Shown here: positions 47,229-57,000 of the stretch, piece after piece
Layout of the letters: each line of letters opens with the position of its first letter
Numbering within the stretch: the stretch's first letter is position 1
From: an uncultured Bacteroidota bacterium
GTDB lineage: Bacteria; Bacteroidota; Bacteroidia; Bacteroidales; UBA12077
Direction: 5' to 3'
Assembly: GCA_913055635.1 (NCBI GenBank)
Contig: CAJXLK010000005.1
Span: forward strand, 68,728 to 132,727
Length of the DNA: 64,000 nucleotides
Position numbers and translations under genes: made by a program
The notes under the pieces: generated by a model
Database searches by the model: none
Told to the model about the DNA's origin: nothing
Seen by the model: the letters and a program-made list of their open reading frames with translations, nothing else

Positions 47229-47294
47229 GGCATTCCTGGATTTTAAAGCCCAATATCTGCGAATAATCGCTAACAGGTCTTGATGACCCACGGC

Positions 47295-47525
47295 ATAATC
47301 AGGTCCAACTAAACCCATCATCAATGGAAACTGAACCCGTCCCTAATCAGGTCCAGCTGAACCCGGCTGTAATCAGCAATAAAGGAATCCTCTATAATTA
47401 CCTATGACTATAAGAACCCCGTCATGGACAAGTCAAATGGAAGCCGGCAATAATTAGGTCAAACTGAACCCGGCCCTAATCAGCCAAAGCTGAGCCCGAT
47501 ATAATTGGGTCAAATTATCCGGTTA
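47295..47525. repeat. Degenerate array of about 9-10 units of 22-27 bp (core TAATCAGGTCMARCTGAACCCGGC)
   Basis: The best units are 47295-47316, 47317-47342, 47343-47369, 47449-47475, 47476-47499 and 47500-47523. Units in between are strongly decayed. Confidence 0.65.
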
Positions 47526-47605
47526 AATGGCCCGGCCCAACCTGAAGAGGATGGTTTATCACATCAGCAATTGATCTGGTCTTATTGAGCGACCAAATCC
47601 GGGGG

Positions 47606-47641
47606 CAAAAAGAAAAGGCTGACCCCGGAAGGCCAGCCTTT
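47606..47641 (-). terminator. Terminator hairpin downstream of ppiD (potentially bidirectional)
   Basis: AAAGGCTG (47614-47621) pairs with CAGCCTTT (47634-47641), with an inner CC/GG pairing. On the minus strand the hairpin is followed by a T-rich run (complement of CAAAAAGAAAA). Confidence 0.55.
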
Positions 47642-47665
47642 CTATATTTTAAGGCAAAACGATCC

Positions 47666-49783
47666 TTAATAGAATTTGTGGCGGTTGTCTTTGATTTCAG
47701 CGGCATCCTTCAGGGCGTTAAATGCATCGTAGCCAGCGGTGCGCTGAAGCCTTTGCATTTCTCTTTGCTGAACCATCCGCGGATCAACTTGCTGGCCCTG
47801 AGCCACCTGAACCACTTGCAGAAGGTAAACACCGTTTTCTCCCTTGATGGGGTAGGAGAGCTGGCCCTGTTCCATGGAGGTGGCGGCCCCTACTACTTTG
47901 GGTTCTGAACCGGCACCCGGGATGGAGAAAGTCTCATAACTCACATCGTTGGCCTCCCTGACCTGCAAGCCCATTTGTTCGGCCACCGGCTCCAGGGACT
48001 GGGCTTCACCCATTGCTTCTTTAAATTGTTTTTGCAACAACTCAGCCTTTTTTTCTTCTTTCACCTTTACCCGGACATCACTCTTGACTTCTTCCAAAGG
48101 CGCGATGCCTTCTTTGCTGATGTCCGTGACAAAGCCAATGATGAACTTGTCGGAGATCTCAAAAATGGGATCGTTGTTGGAGGTGATGATTTTCTTTTCC
48201 TTGGTTTGAAAAGCTGCCCGTACCAGGCTCCGTGCGTTTTCAAGGCCGGGAATGCTCTGGGCATTGATTTGTACGTTATTGGCCATCCTTTTGGTCAGGT
48301 CTTGTTCCTGGATGGCCTGCTCAAAATCCTGATAGGTTTGGTTCTGTCCGGCAAACCTGCTGGCTTTGGAATAAACGTTCTGATAGGTTTCCGAACTGGG
48401 CTCTATTCTTCGGGCCAGGGTGGCTACCTGTACCTTTTTTACTTTTTTACCTTTTTCCATCACTTCCAGCAGGTGGAACCCGTACTGGGTTTGAACCATC
48501 CTGACCGCACCGGTTGGCGAGAAGAAGGCCGTATCAGTAATGGATTCAGCCATTTCACCTCCCTGTTTGATCCATCCCAGGTTGCCGCCTTCGGAAGCCG
48601 TGCCCTGGTCATCGGAATGCTTGCGGGCCAGTTCTGCAAAATCACCACCCTGCTCCAGTACCTGTTTGAGGCTGTCGGCCAGATTGCGCGCATTTTGTAT
48701 GTTCCGTCTTCTGCGGCGGGGCTGAATCAATATATGACGGGCCCGCACCGAATCGGGCAGATATTGGATGTCATTTAATTTGGAAAGCTTAAATGCTTCA
48801 TCTTGGCGATAAGGTCCATAAACTGCACCGGGCTCCGAGGAGAACATAAAATCGGCCAGTGTATCGGAAAGTTCCTCTTTTTTGTAATAGGTATCGTCAA
48901 ACTCGATGTCGCTGTTGAGGTTGACAAATTCTTTGGTCCGGTTCGAGGTTTTGAAATCCTTGCGCATCTTGACCACATATTCGTGGGCCGCTTCAATGTC
49001 CTTTTCGGTGGGTTCAATGTTAAAGGCTACATATTCGATGTCCCGGTTGGCCGATTGCTTGTATTGCTGCTGATGCTTGTCGTAATAGTTTTCCAAATCT
49101 TCCTCGGTGATATTAATTTCGCTGTCGGGAATATCCGAGAAATTTTTCATCACATAATTAAAATCGACCCTTTTGCTGTTGAGGCTTGCCAGTTGTTGAC
49201 TTTCCGCCTGGCTCACGTGAAGGCCCTGATTGATCAGGTTGGAGAATTTGGTGAATTTCCGCTCGCGAATCATTTGATCCTCCAGGTAAAGCCAGTAAGC
49301 TTTCCTGCGGCCATCCTGGTCGTAACTTTTCAGGAAACGGATGATGGCCATGCTGTTAACCTGTCCTGTTTCAGGATTGGTGAAGATGCGGCGGATCATG
49401 GGATGGATGTTTTCGCCCTGTACCATGTCCCACAACTCCTGTGAACTGACCGATATGCCCAGCTCATCATATTCATCGGCCATGACGTATTCGCGGGTCA
49501 TTCTTTGCCAGACCTGATTGCGGATTCTTTCCCTTGTTTCTGCATCAACCGCCGACTGTCCACCTGAGAACTTGTTGATTTTGGTCAGCTCTTCGACCTC
49601 TTTGCGGAATTGCTTATAAGGAATTGACTTACCGGCTATTTCAGCTAATTCATAGCGATCTCCCCGAAAAGCAGCACCTCCCTGGGAAAACAAGTCTCCC
49701 AATACAAATGCCAGCAGGGCCATTCCAATGACAACGCCTACCAGTACTCCAGCTCTGTTTCTTATTTTTTCTAATGTAGCCAT
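47666..49783 (-). CDS. ppiD: Periplasmic chaperone / peptidyl-prolyl isomerase PpiD-like
   Basis: 705 aa. N-terminal MATLEKIRNRAGVLVGVVIGMALLAFVLGDLF is the typical PpiD anchor. Parvulin motif VRARHILI...GGNLGW. Confidence 0.82.
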   Translation of the reverse strand: MATLEKIRNRAGVLVGVVIGMALLAFVLGDLFSQGGAAFRGDRYELAEIAGKSIPYKQFRKEVEELTKINKFSGGQSAVDAETRERIRNQVWQRMTREYVMADEYDELGISVSSQELWDMVQGENIHPMIRRIFTNPETGQVNSMAIIRFLKSYDQDGRRKAYWLYLEDQMIRERKFTKFSNLINQGLHVSQAESQQLASLNSKRVDFNYVMKNFSDIPDSEINITEEDLENYYDKHQQQYKQSANRDIEYVAFNIEPTEKDIEAAHEYVVKMRKDFKTSNRTKEFVNLNSDIEFDDTYYKKEELSDTLADFMFSSEPGAVYGPYRQDEAFKLSKLNDIQYLPDSVRARHILIQPRRRRRNIQNARNLADSLKQVLEQGGDFAELARKHSDDQGTASEGGNLGWIKQGGEMAESITDTAFFSPTGAVRMVQTQYGFHLLEVMEKGKKVKKVQVATLARRIEPSSETYQNVYSKASRFAGQNQTYQDFEQAIQEQDLTKRMANNVQINAQSIPGLENARSLVRAAFQTKEKKIITSNNDPIFEISDKFIIGFVTDISKEGIAPLEEVKSDVRVKVKEEKKAELLQKQFKEAMGEAQSLEPVAEQMGLQVREANDVSYETFSIPGAGSEPKVVGAATSMEQGQLSYPIKGENGVYLLQVVQVAQGQQVDPRMVQQREMQRLQRTAGYDAFNALKDAAEIKDNRHKFY

Positions 49784-49896
49784 TGATTGTGATTTTATGA
49801 TGTGATCTTTTGGTTTACGAAGCTACGAATATAGAAATTTTATATGGTTTTAAATGCATCCGGGCCCATTCTTTTTTCATCGACCCGGGCTAGTTG

Positions 49897-50088
49897 TCAG
49901 GAAGATGAGTCATTCTTGCGCATATATCTGCGCAGGGCATACATGGTAACGGCAATGGCGGTAAAGATAAAAAACATCAGGCTGTTGTCTGTGCGGTTTT
50001 CAAGGCCCGCTTTGATGCCCAAAACCAATGAGGCGAGCCCCACCAGGAGCCATATCACTTCAATGAAGGTAAACGATTTTTTACTCAT
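49897..50088 (-). CDS. Small two-TM membrane protein (63 aa)
   Basis: Two hydrophobic segments (FIEVIWLLVGLASLVLGI and LMFFIFTAIAVTMYAL). It overlaps the lptC-like stop by 8 nt on the same strand. Confidence 0.5.
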   Translation of the reverse strand: MSKKSFTFIEVIWLLVGLASLVLGIKAGLENRTDNSLMFFIFTAIAVTMYALRRYMRKNDSSS

Positions 50089-50677
50089 CTTTTACTTCTA
50101 ATGTGCCGGTGGTTTCTTTGATTTCGTAATCGGTGAAATCCTGATTGGCTTCAAAGCCTTTGCCGTGGATGATGCCATCCTTGGTGGTGATCCGTACGTA
50201 GCGGTCGGTGTATATGATCTCCTTGTCCTGCCGCCACACCAGGTATTCGGTGTTCAGGGTGTCGCCTTTTCGATTGACAGCCACCACGTCATTTTTGGCC
50301 TCCCATAGCTGGTCGGGCTCATGGTATATGGCATAATTGGCCGATATCTTGGCATCCACGCTTAGGGTACTGTCGTAAAACAAGACCGTAAGGCCCTCGG
50401 GAAAGACCGTATGCGGTTCTTCAACCGTGGTATACCGGTTGATCTTTGGCGACATGACCTTGACCCTCAACTTGCCGTGATTGGTATGTATGATTTCAGC
50501 ATCGGTCATTGACTGATCGGGGAAATTGGTTTGCTCGCTGATCAGTTTTACCTTCTCAATCTTGCTGCTACATCCCCCGGATAATATAATAATCCCACTT
50601 AAAAGCGGGATTATTATAAAAAGCAGCCGGTAAATGGCCCGTTTTTTATTCAGAAGTTCTGACCGTTGTGGTCTCAT
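50081..50677 (-). CDS. lptC: LPS export ABC transporter periplasmic protein LptC-like
   Basis: From the ATG at 50677: MRPQRSELLNKKRAIYRLLFIIIPLLSGIIILSGGCS. An OstA/LptC-like beta-jellyroll pattern follows (AEIIHTNHGKLRVKV..., ANYAIYHEPDQLWEAKNDVVAVN..., GIIHGKGFEANQDFTDYEI). The upstream part of the track ORF (to 50788) overlaps the preceding gene. Confidence 0.65.
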   Translation of the reverse strand: MRPQRSELLNKKRAIYRLLFIIIPLLSGIIILSGGCSSKIEKVKLISEQTNFPDQSMTDAEIIHTNHGKLRVKVMSPKINRYTTVEEPHTVFPEGLTVLFYDSTLSVDAKISANYAIYHEPDQLWEAKNDVVAVNRKGDTLNTEYLVWRQDKEIIYTDRYVRITTKDGIIHGKGFEANQDFTDYEIKETTGTLEVKDE

Positions 50678-51995
50678 TAATCCAGCACCCGATTTCATAG
50701 GTATCGCCAATTTGATAGTTGTGGAAGAAGATGCTCTTCTTGTCGGGGAACCTGGGCTTGTAGGAATTGATGTACCCGTTGGCTTCATCTTCCATGTCGG
50801 GGTCCACCTGCTTGGCCTTGATGAATTTATCTACAGCGGCCCATAACACGGCTTTTTGTTCAAATTCATCGCCACCACAGGCTTCCGTTGATTCGGTATA
50901 CATCCGGCCAATTAAAATATAAGGCTTGCCGTTTTTGGGATCCAGGTCGATGGCCTTGCGGGCATAGGAGCGTGCTGTGGGCTTGTCATCCAGATCCTCG
51001 AAGGTGATGGAGGCCAGCTCCAGATAGTAACCGGCTTTTTGTCCATCTTCTTTTGCCAGATCTATGGCTTGCTTATAATACTGAATGGCTTTGTCCATCT
51101 TCTTTTCGTCATAATAGAGCTGAGCCAGCTCATGAGCCTTTGCTGCAGACGGATCCAGCTCGTTGAGGCGGACTTTTGCATCCATATAGAAGCTTTCATC
51201 CACGCAATCGGCATCTTCTAATAAACCAATGATTTTCTTGATCAGGTCCTGATCATCCTTGTTGTTTTCATAACGGGGTTGATACAGGGCGATGATGTTC
51301 TTGCAGGTGGCAGCACCACTGTTTTCGAATATTTTGTCCAGGGTTTCCTGGGCTTTCTTGTAACGCTGACTGTTGGGGCTTTTCTCCAGTTGATGTTCCA
51401 CTATCCGGTAAGTCTTGGAGTAGTTCTCCACCATCTTCTCCCCGCTGATCTCTTCATTCTGGTATAGGGTACTGGTGGTGTTCAGATAAACCACCAATAC
51501 GGCCAGGCTCGATTCATCTCCCCGGAGCTTGATCGATTTTTCAAGCATGTCGTAGCCCTTTTTGAAGTTCTCAATGTTTTGCTCCGAATAATTGATGAAA
51601 TCCAGGCCTTTTTTGCCCGTTACAAAGCCTTTTTGATCGAAATACTTGATTCGTTTGTCGTACAGGTTCATTAAGCTATCCAGCAGCTTTTTCTTTTTGG
51701 CCTGGTCCTCCGTGTTCTCAATGGCATCGGTCAGCATATCCTCTCCATGGAGGTATATGTTCTTGGTGGCCTTGGGACATTCCTTATAAACAATCGTCCA
51801 GGGTTCAACCGCATCTTCGTAATTGTTCTGTTTGAAAAATTCTGCATACAGCGAAAGATTTTTCAAACACCGGATGCTGTCTTTTCCACTGCCAAATCTG
51901 GAGCCTTCTTCTGCCCCCGTTTGTCCAAAGGCATGTACCGTTGAGAGGGTGGCTATAAGCAAAGCGAAGAGTAATTTTCCTAAGGTTTTCATCAT
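50646..51995 (-). CDS. Secreted TPR-repeat protein
   Basis: The ATG at 51995/51992 gives MMKTLGKLLFALLIATLSTVHAFGQ. TPR-like helices occur throughout (AKAHELAQLYYDEKKMDKAIQYYKQAIDL..., ARSYARKAIDLDPKNGKPY). Confidence 0.75.
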   Translation of the reverse strand: MMKTLGKLLFALLIATLSTVHAFGQTGAEEGSRFGSGKDSIRCLKNLSLYAEFFKQNNYEDAVEPWTIVYKECPKATKNIYLHGEDMLTDAIENTEDQAKKKKLLDSLMNLYDKRIKYFDQKGFVTGKKGLDFINYSEQNIENFKKGYDMLEKSIKLRGDESSLAVLVVYLNTTSTLYQNEEISGEKMVENYSKTYRIVEHQLEKSPNSQRYKKAQETLDKIFENSGAATCKNIIALYQPRYENNKDDQDLIKKIIGLLEDADCVDESFYMDAKVRLNELDPSAAKAHELAQLYYDEKKMDKAIQYYKQAIDLAKEDGQKAGYYLELASITFEDLDDKPTARSYARKAIDLDPKNGKPYILIGRMYTESTEACGGDEFEQKAVLWAAVDKFIKAKQVDPDMEDEANGYINSYKPRFPDKKSIFFHNYQIGDTYEIGCWINETTTVRTSE

Positions 51996-52009
51996 TGAGC
52001 GTTTTAGGG

Positions 52010-53278
52010 TTACTGATATTTTTTCTGCATAAACCAAAAGTCGTAAAACGTGATGTTAAAGTTGACCATGGCGTAATTTTCTTCCACCAGACTTTCTGCG
52101 GTGGTACCCCTTCTGCCTAGTTGCAGAGAGAGATTGAATTTGGTTTTATTGTACTTTAACGGTATACCTAATCCAAATGTTATGCCATAGTCTTTCAGCT
52201 GGTGGTTATTTAATTTCAGATAAGATTGTTTATAGAACGCCCCGAACCGGTAATCGACCCTTTTCAGGTAGTTGCGCAAGGCCTGTGGGTCGGGGGTGTA
52301 TTGGACGCCGGCATGCATTGAATAGCTATCCTGAAGGTTATCGAAGTCATCCAGGGCGGACCAGTTTTGATATTTGAAGTCGGCTCCCACCAGGAGTTTT
52401 GGATTTTTCAAGGTAAAGCCCACCTTATATCCACTGGGGTAATGGCTGCTGGTCGAGGTGCTCGAGGAGACCCGGTCTATGGTATCCTGCCGCGGCACCC
52501 CTTCACCGGTGGTGTAGCGGTAGTAGGTAAAAAACTTTTGATCCGCATCCATGTTCAAACGGGCCTTCATGTCGTAGGTTAAGCCGGCGGTCAGGGTATA
52601 GTCGCTGAATAATTCCGTTTGATATTGAAGGCCCAGCTGAAAGCGGTTGCCCTTGAAGTATTTCTTTTGTCTTCTTTGGAACTGTCCACTCATGCTGTCC
52701 TGAGGCAGATAAGACTCGGCGGTATATGTAGCGTTGCCAAAGAGGTGAAAGTAATTGACCCCGAGGCTCAAATGATCGGTCAGGGCAAAGGCATTGCCAA
52801 TGTAAAACTGGCGAACCCCTCCCTCTCCCTGATAATGGGTAATCATTTCATTGGGAGTGGCCGGTTGTTTTGTCTCCTGCACCGAATAGCCCACCTGACT
52901 GAGCGGAACCACCCCGATGCTGCTCTTCCACCAGGTCGTTACCGGAAAACCGATGGCCAAATGGTCAAAGCCCACCGACTTCCGGTTGGCACTGGCTCCC
53001 TGGCTTTTTTGTAGCGACGAGCGCGCTGAAAGGCCAATATCAAAGATGAAGCTGTTGGTATCTTGAGCCGTGTATGAGGCCGGATTTGAATAGTTGATCA
53101 CATCTGCTTCCCTCAATCCGGCGGATATTGAACCATATCCATAATTGCTGCCGTAGCTCTGTTCAACAAGTTCGCCCAGTCCATATCTCGAATAGGGGGA
53201 AAGGATGCTTTTTTGTGCCCGAACATCGATGCTGAACAGAACCAACACACTGGTGATCAGAATCAGTCTAATGCGCAT
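52010..53278 (-). CDS. Predicted outer-membrane beta-barrel protein, function unknown
   Basis: 422 aa with a signal peptide (VLVLFSIDVRAQ). SPYSRYGLGEL near the mature N-terminus. Alternating beta-strand pattern and an aromatic-rich C-terminus (VNFNITFYDFWF). Confidence 0.7.
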   Translation of the reverse strand: MRIRLILITSVLVLFSIDVRAQKSILSPYSRYGLGELVEQSYGSNYGYGSISAGLREADVINYSNPASYTAQDTNSFIFDIGLSARSSLQKSQGASANRKSVGFDHLAIGFPVTTWWKSSIGVVPLSQVGYSVQETKQPATPNEMITHYQGEGGVRQFYIGNAFALTDHLSLGVNYFHLFGNATYTAESYLPQDSMSGQFQRRQKKYFKGNRFQLGLQYQTELFSDYTLTAGLTYDMKARLNMDADQKFFTYYRYTTGEGVPRQDTIDRVSSSTSTSSHYPSGYKVGFTLKNPKLLVGADFKYQNWSALDDFDNLQDSYSMHAGVQYTPDPQALRNYLKRVDYRFGAFYKQSYLKLNNHQLKDYGITFGLGIPLKYNKTKFNLSLQLGRRGTTAESLVEENYAMVNFNITFYDFWFMQKKYQ

Positions 53279-53999
53279 AAAGGTTGTATTTCAGTATTTT
53301 ATTCAACCCAATTAATATCAAATTGGGTTCTACAAAGATGGGATATTTTAATTTATTATCAAAGAAAAAGCTATCTCCACCGGTGAGTATTGTAATCAGC
53401 CCCGGGTATTGGTTCGTAAAATGTTCTATGTACTGGTTCATCTCATAGATGATCCCGTTTTGTACCCCTGCGGCGATGGCTTCCACGGTATTATCGGCCA
53501 TTACAGGGGTTTGCCTGCGGGGTTGCACCCGGGGCAGCCGGCGGGTGTATTTGTGGAGGGCACCCAGCCGCATGGTCAAGCCCGGAGAAATGTTTCCCCC
53601 CTGGTATTGTCCCGCTGCGTTCAGAAAATCATAGGTAATGGCCGTGCCCGCATCAATGACCAACAGGGGGCGGCCGGGAAAAAGGCTTTGGCCTCCAGTG
53701 ACCCCCGCTAACCTGTCTTTGCCCAATGTATCAGGCGTTTTGTAAAGGTTCTCGATGGGAATGGGCGTTTGGCTGGAAAATTCCATGAAACATCTGACCT
53801 GCCGGGATAAAATGGAAAAACTCCTGGGGTTGAAATCATTAACCGATGAAACAATGACGTTTTGAATGAAATAGCGTTGTCTGAGGCTTCGAATGCGCGG
53901 GGGATTAAACGCATGATAACGAAAAGTGCGTATCAGGATATTTTGAGCAAATACCCCGGCATGAACGGATGTATTTCCTATGTCGATGGCTAAATTCAC
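53268..53999 (-). CDS. coaX: Type III pantothenate kinase
   Basis: 243 aa. MNLAIDIGNTSVHAGVF, LLVIDAGTAITYDF and GGNISPG. Confidence 0.9.
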   Translation of the reverse strand: MNLAIDIGNTSVHAGVFAQNILIRTFRYHAFNPPRIRSLRQRYFIQNVIVSSVNDFNPRSFSILSRQVRCFMEFSSQTPIPIENLYKTPDTLGKDRLAGVTGGQSLFPGRPLLVIDAGTAITYDFLNAAGQYQGGNISPGLTMRLGALHKYTRRLPRVQPRRQTPVMADNTVEAIAAGVQNGIIYEMNQYIEHFTNQYPGLITILTGGDSFFFDNKLKYPIFVEPNLILIGLNKILKYNLYAH

Positions 54000-54026
54000 A
54001 AAGCGCTTGGCGTTAGACCGCCAAAG

Positions 54027-57000
54027 TTATAAATTTTCATGCATATTTTTCAGCAATTCCAGGGCTTTGTTGATGTTGTCGACCTGCCCTATGGTCATGG
54101 TTAACTTTTTGCCTTCCTTCAGCTGAAAGTGTTTTTGGTGTTTTTGAATATACCCCAGCACCCGGCTGAATGTTTCAGACTGGTAATAGGGCGATTCCTG
54201 GTTTGAAATAAAGTGTACGACCATGGTGTTGTTTTTAATCATAATTTTCTCAAATCCCAGGGCAATGGCATGCCACCTTAGGCGTACCACGTTGAGTAGC
54301 TCACAGGTGGGTTCGGGCAGGGGACCGAAGCGGTCGCGAAGTTTTTCTTCAAACTCCCGCAACTGTTCTTCATGCTCGATGTTATCGAGTTCCCGGTACT
54401 GGTTGATGCGTTCGGAGACATTGGGGATATAGTCGTCGGGGAAGAGGATTTGCAGGTCGGTTTCAATCTGGCAATCGTAAAGGAATTGTTGCTCCTGCTT
54501 TTGTTTTTCAATGGTTTGTTTTTTCTCCTCCTGGTAGAGGTTGCTGAATTCGTTTTCTTTGAGTTCCTGAAGGGCTTCCCGCAGGATGCGCTGGTAGGTT
54601 TCAAAACCAATATCAGCGATAAACCCGCTTTGTTCTTTGCCCAGCAGGTTTCCGGCTCCGCGGATGTCCAGGTCCTGCATGGCAATGTTGAAGCCGCTGC
54701 CCAATTCGGAGAATTCCTCAATGGCCTGAAGCCTTCTGCGGGCTTCCTGGGTGACAGCCGTCATGGGCGGGGCAAGCAGATAACAGAAGGCCTTTTTGTT
54801 GGACCTTCCCACCCGGCCCCTTAACTGGTGGAGGTCACTTAATCCGAAGTTTTGGGCTTCATTGATGATCATGGTGTTGGCATTGGGAATATCCAGACCC
54901 GATTCAATGATGGTGGTAGCGATCAGCACATCATATTGCTGGTGTATAAAATCCATCATGATTTTTTCCAGCCGGGCTCCCTCCATTTGCCCATGGGCCA
55001 CCACAGTTCTTACCTTGGGCATCATCCGGTTGACCAGGTTTTCGACTTCGTGGATGTTCTGGATGCGGTTGTTGATGAAAAAGACCTGTCCGCCCCGTTC
55101 AACCTCGTAAGCAATGGCTTCATGGATGATTTCTTCGTTGAAAGGATGAACTTCGGTGACAATAGGATAGCGGTTGGGGGGCGGGGTATGAATGATGGAA
55201 AGATCGCGGGCACCCATCAGCGAAAACTGAAGGGTCCGTGGAATCGGTGTGGCTGTCAGGGTAAGGGTGTCCACATTTAACTTGATGTTTTTAAGTTTTT
55301 CCTTGACTGAAACCCCAAATTTTTGTTCTTCGTCTACGATCAACAAACCCAAATCCTTAAAATTCATATCTTTCCCGATCAACCGATGGGTGCCGATGAC
55401 GATATCAATTTGACCGTTTTTCAGCTGGTCTTTCACTTCCCGCTGTTTTTTGTGGCTTCTCAACCGGCTGATGTGTTCCACATTGGCGGGAAATTCACTG
55501 AGTCGTTCGGCGAAAGTCTGGTAATGCTGGAGGGCCAAAATGGTGGTGGGCACCAGAACGGCCACCTGCTTGCTGTCGGCTACGGCTTTGAAGGCCGCCC
55601 TTATGGCCACTTCCGTTTTGCCAAATCCTACATCCCCGCATACAAGCCTGTCCATGGGGGTCTCGGCTTCCATGTCCTGCTTTACGGCCTGGGTGGCCGC
55701 CAGCTGGTCGCGCGTGTCTTCATAGATAAAGGACGATTCCAGCTCCTGTTGCAGATAAGTGTCGGTCGAAAAAGGAAACCCCTTCTTTTCCATCCGCCTG
55801 GCATAAAGCTGTATAAGCTCTTTGGCGATGTCCTTGACTTTTTTCTTGGTCTTGTTCTTGAGGTTTTTCCAGGCCGCTGAACCCAACTTGTAAATTTTCG
55901 GCGGGCTCAAATCCTTGCTCTTGTACTTGGAGATTTTATGGAGCGAATGAATATTGACATACAGGATATCGTTGTCTTTGTATATCAAACGTACCGCCTC
56001 CTGTCTCTTCCCATTGACCTCAATCTTCTCCAGTCCCCCAAATTTGCCAATGCCATGATCCACATGCACTACAAAGTCGCCGGGATGCAGGTTGTTGAGC
56101 TCTTCAATGTTGAGGCTTTCTTTTCGCGAGAACCCCGATTTAATCCTGAATTTATGATAACGCCCAAAGATCTGATGGTCCGTGTAACAGCATATTTTGG
56201 CATGATGATCGATGAAGCCTTCATGCAGGGTGGGCATGACAGGAGTAAATTGTACCTGCGGATTGATGTCTGCAAATATCGCCTGCAAACGTTCTATCTG
56301 CTTCTCATTGTCTGATAATATATAGTTGGTATAGCCCTGCTGTTGATTTTCCTGCAGATTGTTGGTGAGCAGCTCGAAGTTCTTGTTGAAGGCCGGCGGG
56401 GGCGAAGCGTTGACCTCCATCTTCCCGGCTTCTTCAAACAGATTGCGGTGGCCGCTCTCTATTTTTGTGAATGGGCCAACCCCTTGCTCGAATTGGCCGG
56501 GGGAAATGACATAGGATTCAATGTTCTGTTCCGGGTTGTTCTCCAGGGTTTTATTGAAAAGCTCGCCGATCCTTTCCGCGATGTATTGGTATTCATTGAA
56601 CCACAAAAGGGTCTGTGGGTCCAGAAAGTTGAAAAAGGACTGCCACTGATGTTCACCCGCCTGTTCATTGTTGAGCTTGGGCTGGATTGTGGCCCGCTCC
56701 AGTTTCTCAATGGAAAGCTGGTTGTCTACATCAAAGGTCCGTATCGATTCGACTTCCTCTCCGAAAAAGTCAATCCGGTAAGGATGATCATCCGAAAATG
56801 AAAAGATGTCGACAATGCTGCCCCGCACAGAAAATTGTCCCGGCTGGTAGACAAAATCCACCTGTTCAAAATCGTATTCGAACAGCATGTCATTGAGGAA
56901 ATCGGTAGATATTTTTTCTCCCTGGTGAATTTCAAGGGTGTTTTGTTCCATTTGCCTGCGGGCCGCCACCTTTTCAATGACCCCTTCCGGATAGCTTACA

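Noticed and set aside
47975-49444. Plus-strand ORFs of 267 and 213 aa inside ppiD.
   Set aside because: They are antisense to ppiD, which has the characteristic N-terminal anchor and parvulin motif. No independent support exists.
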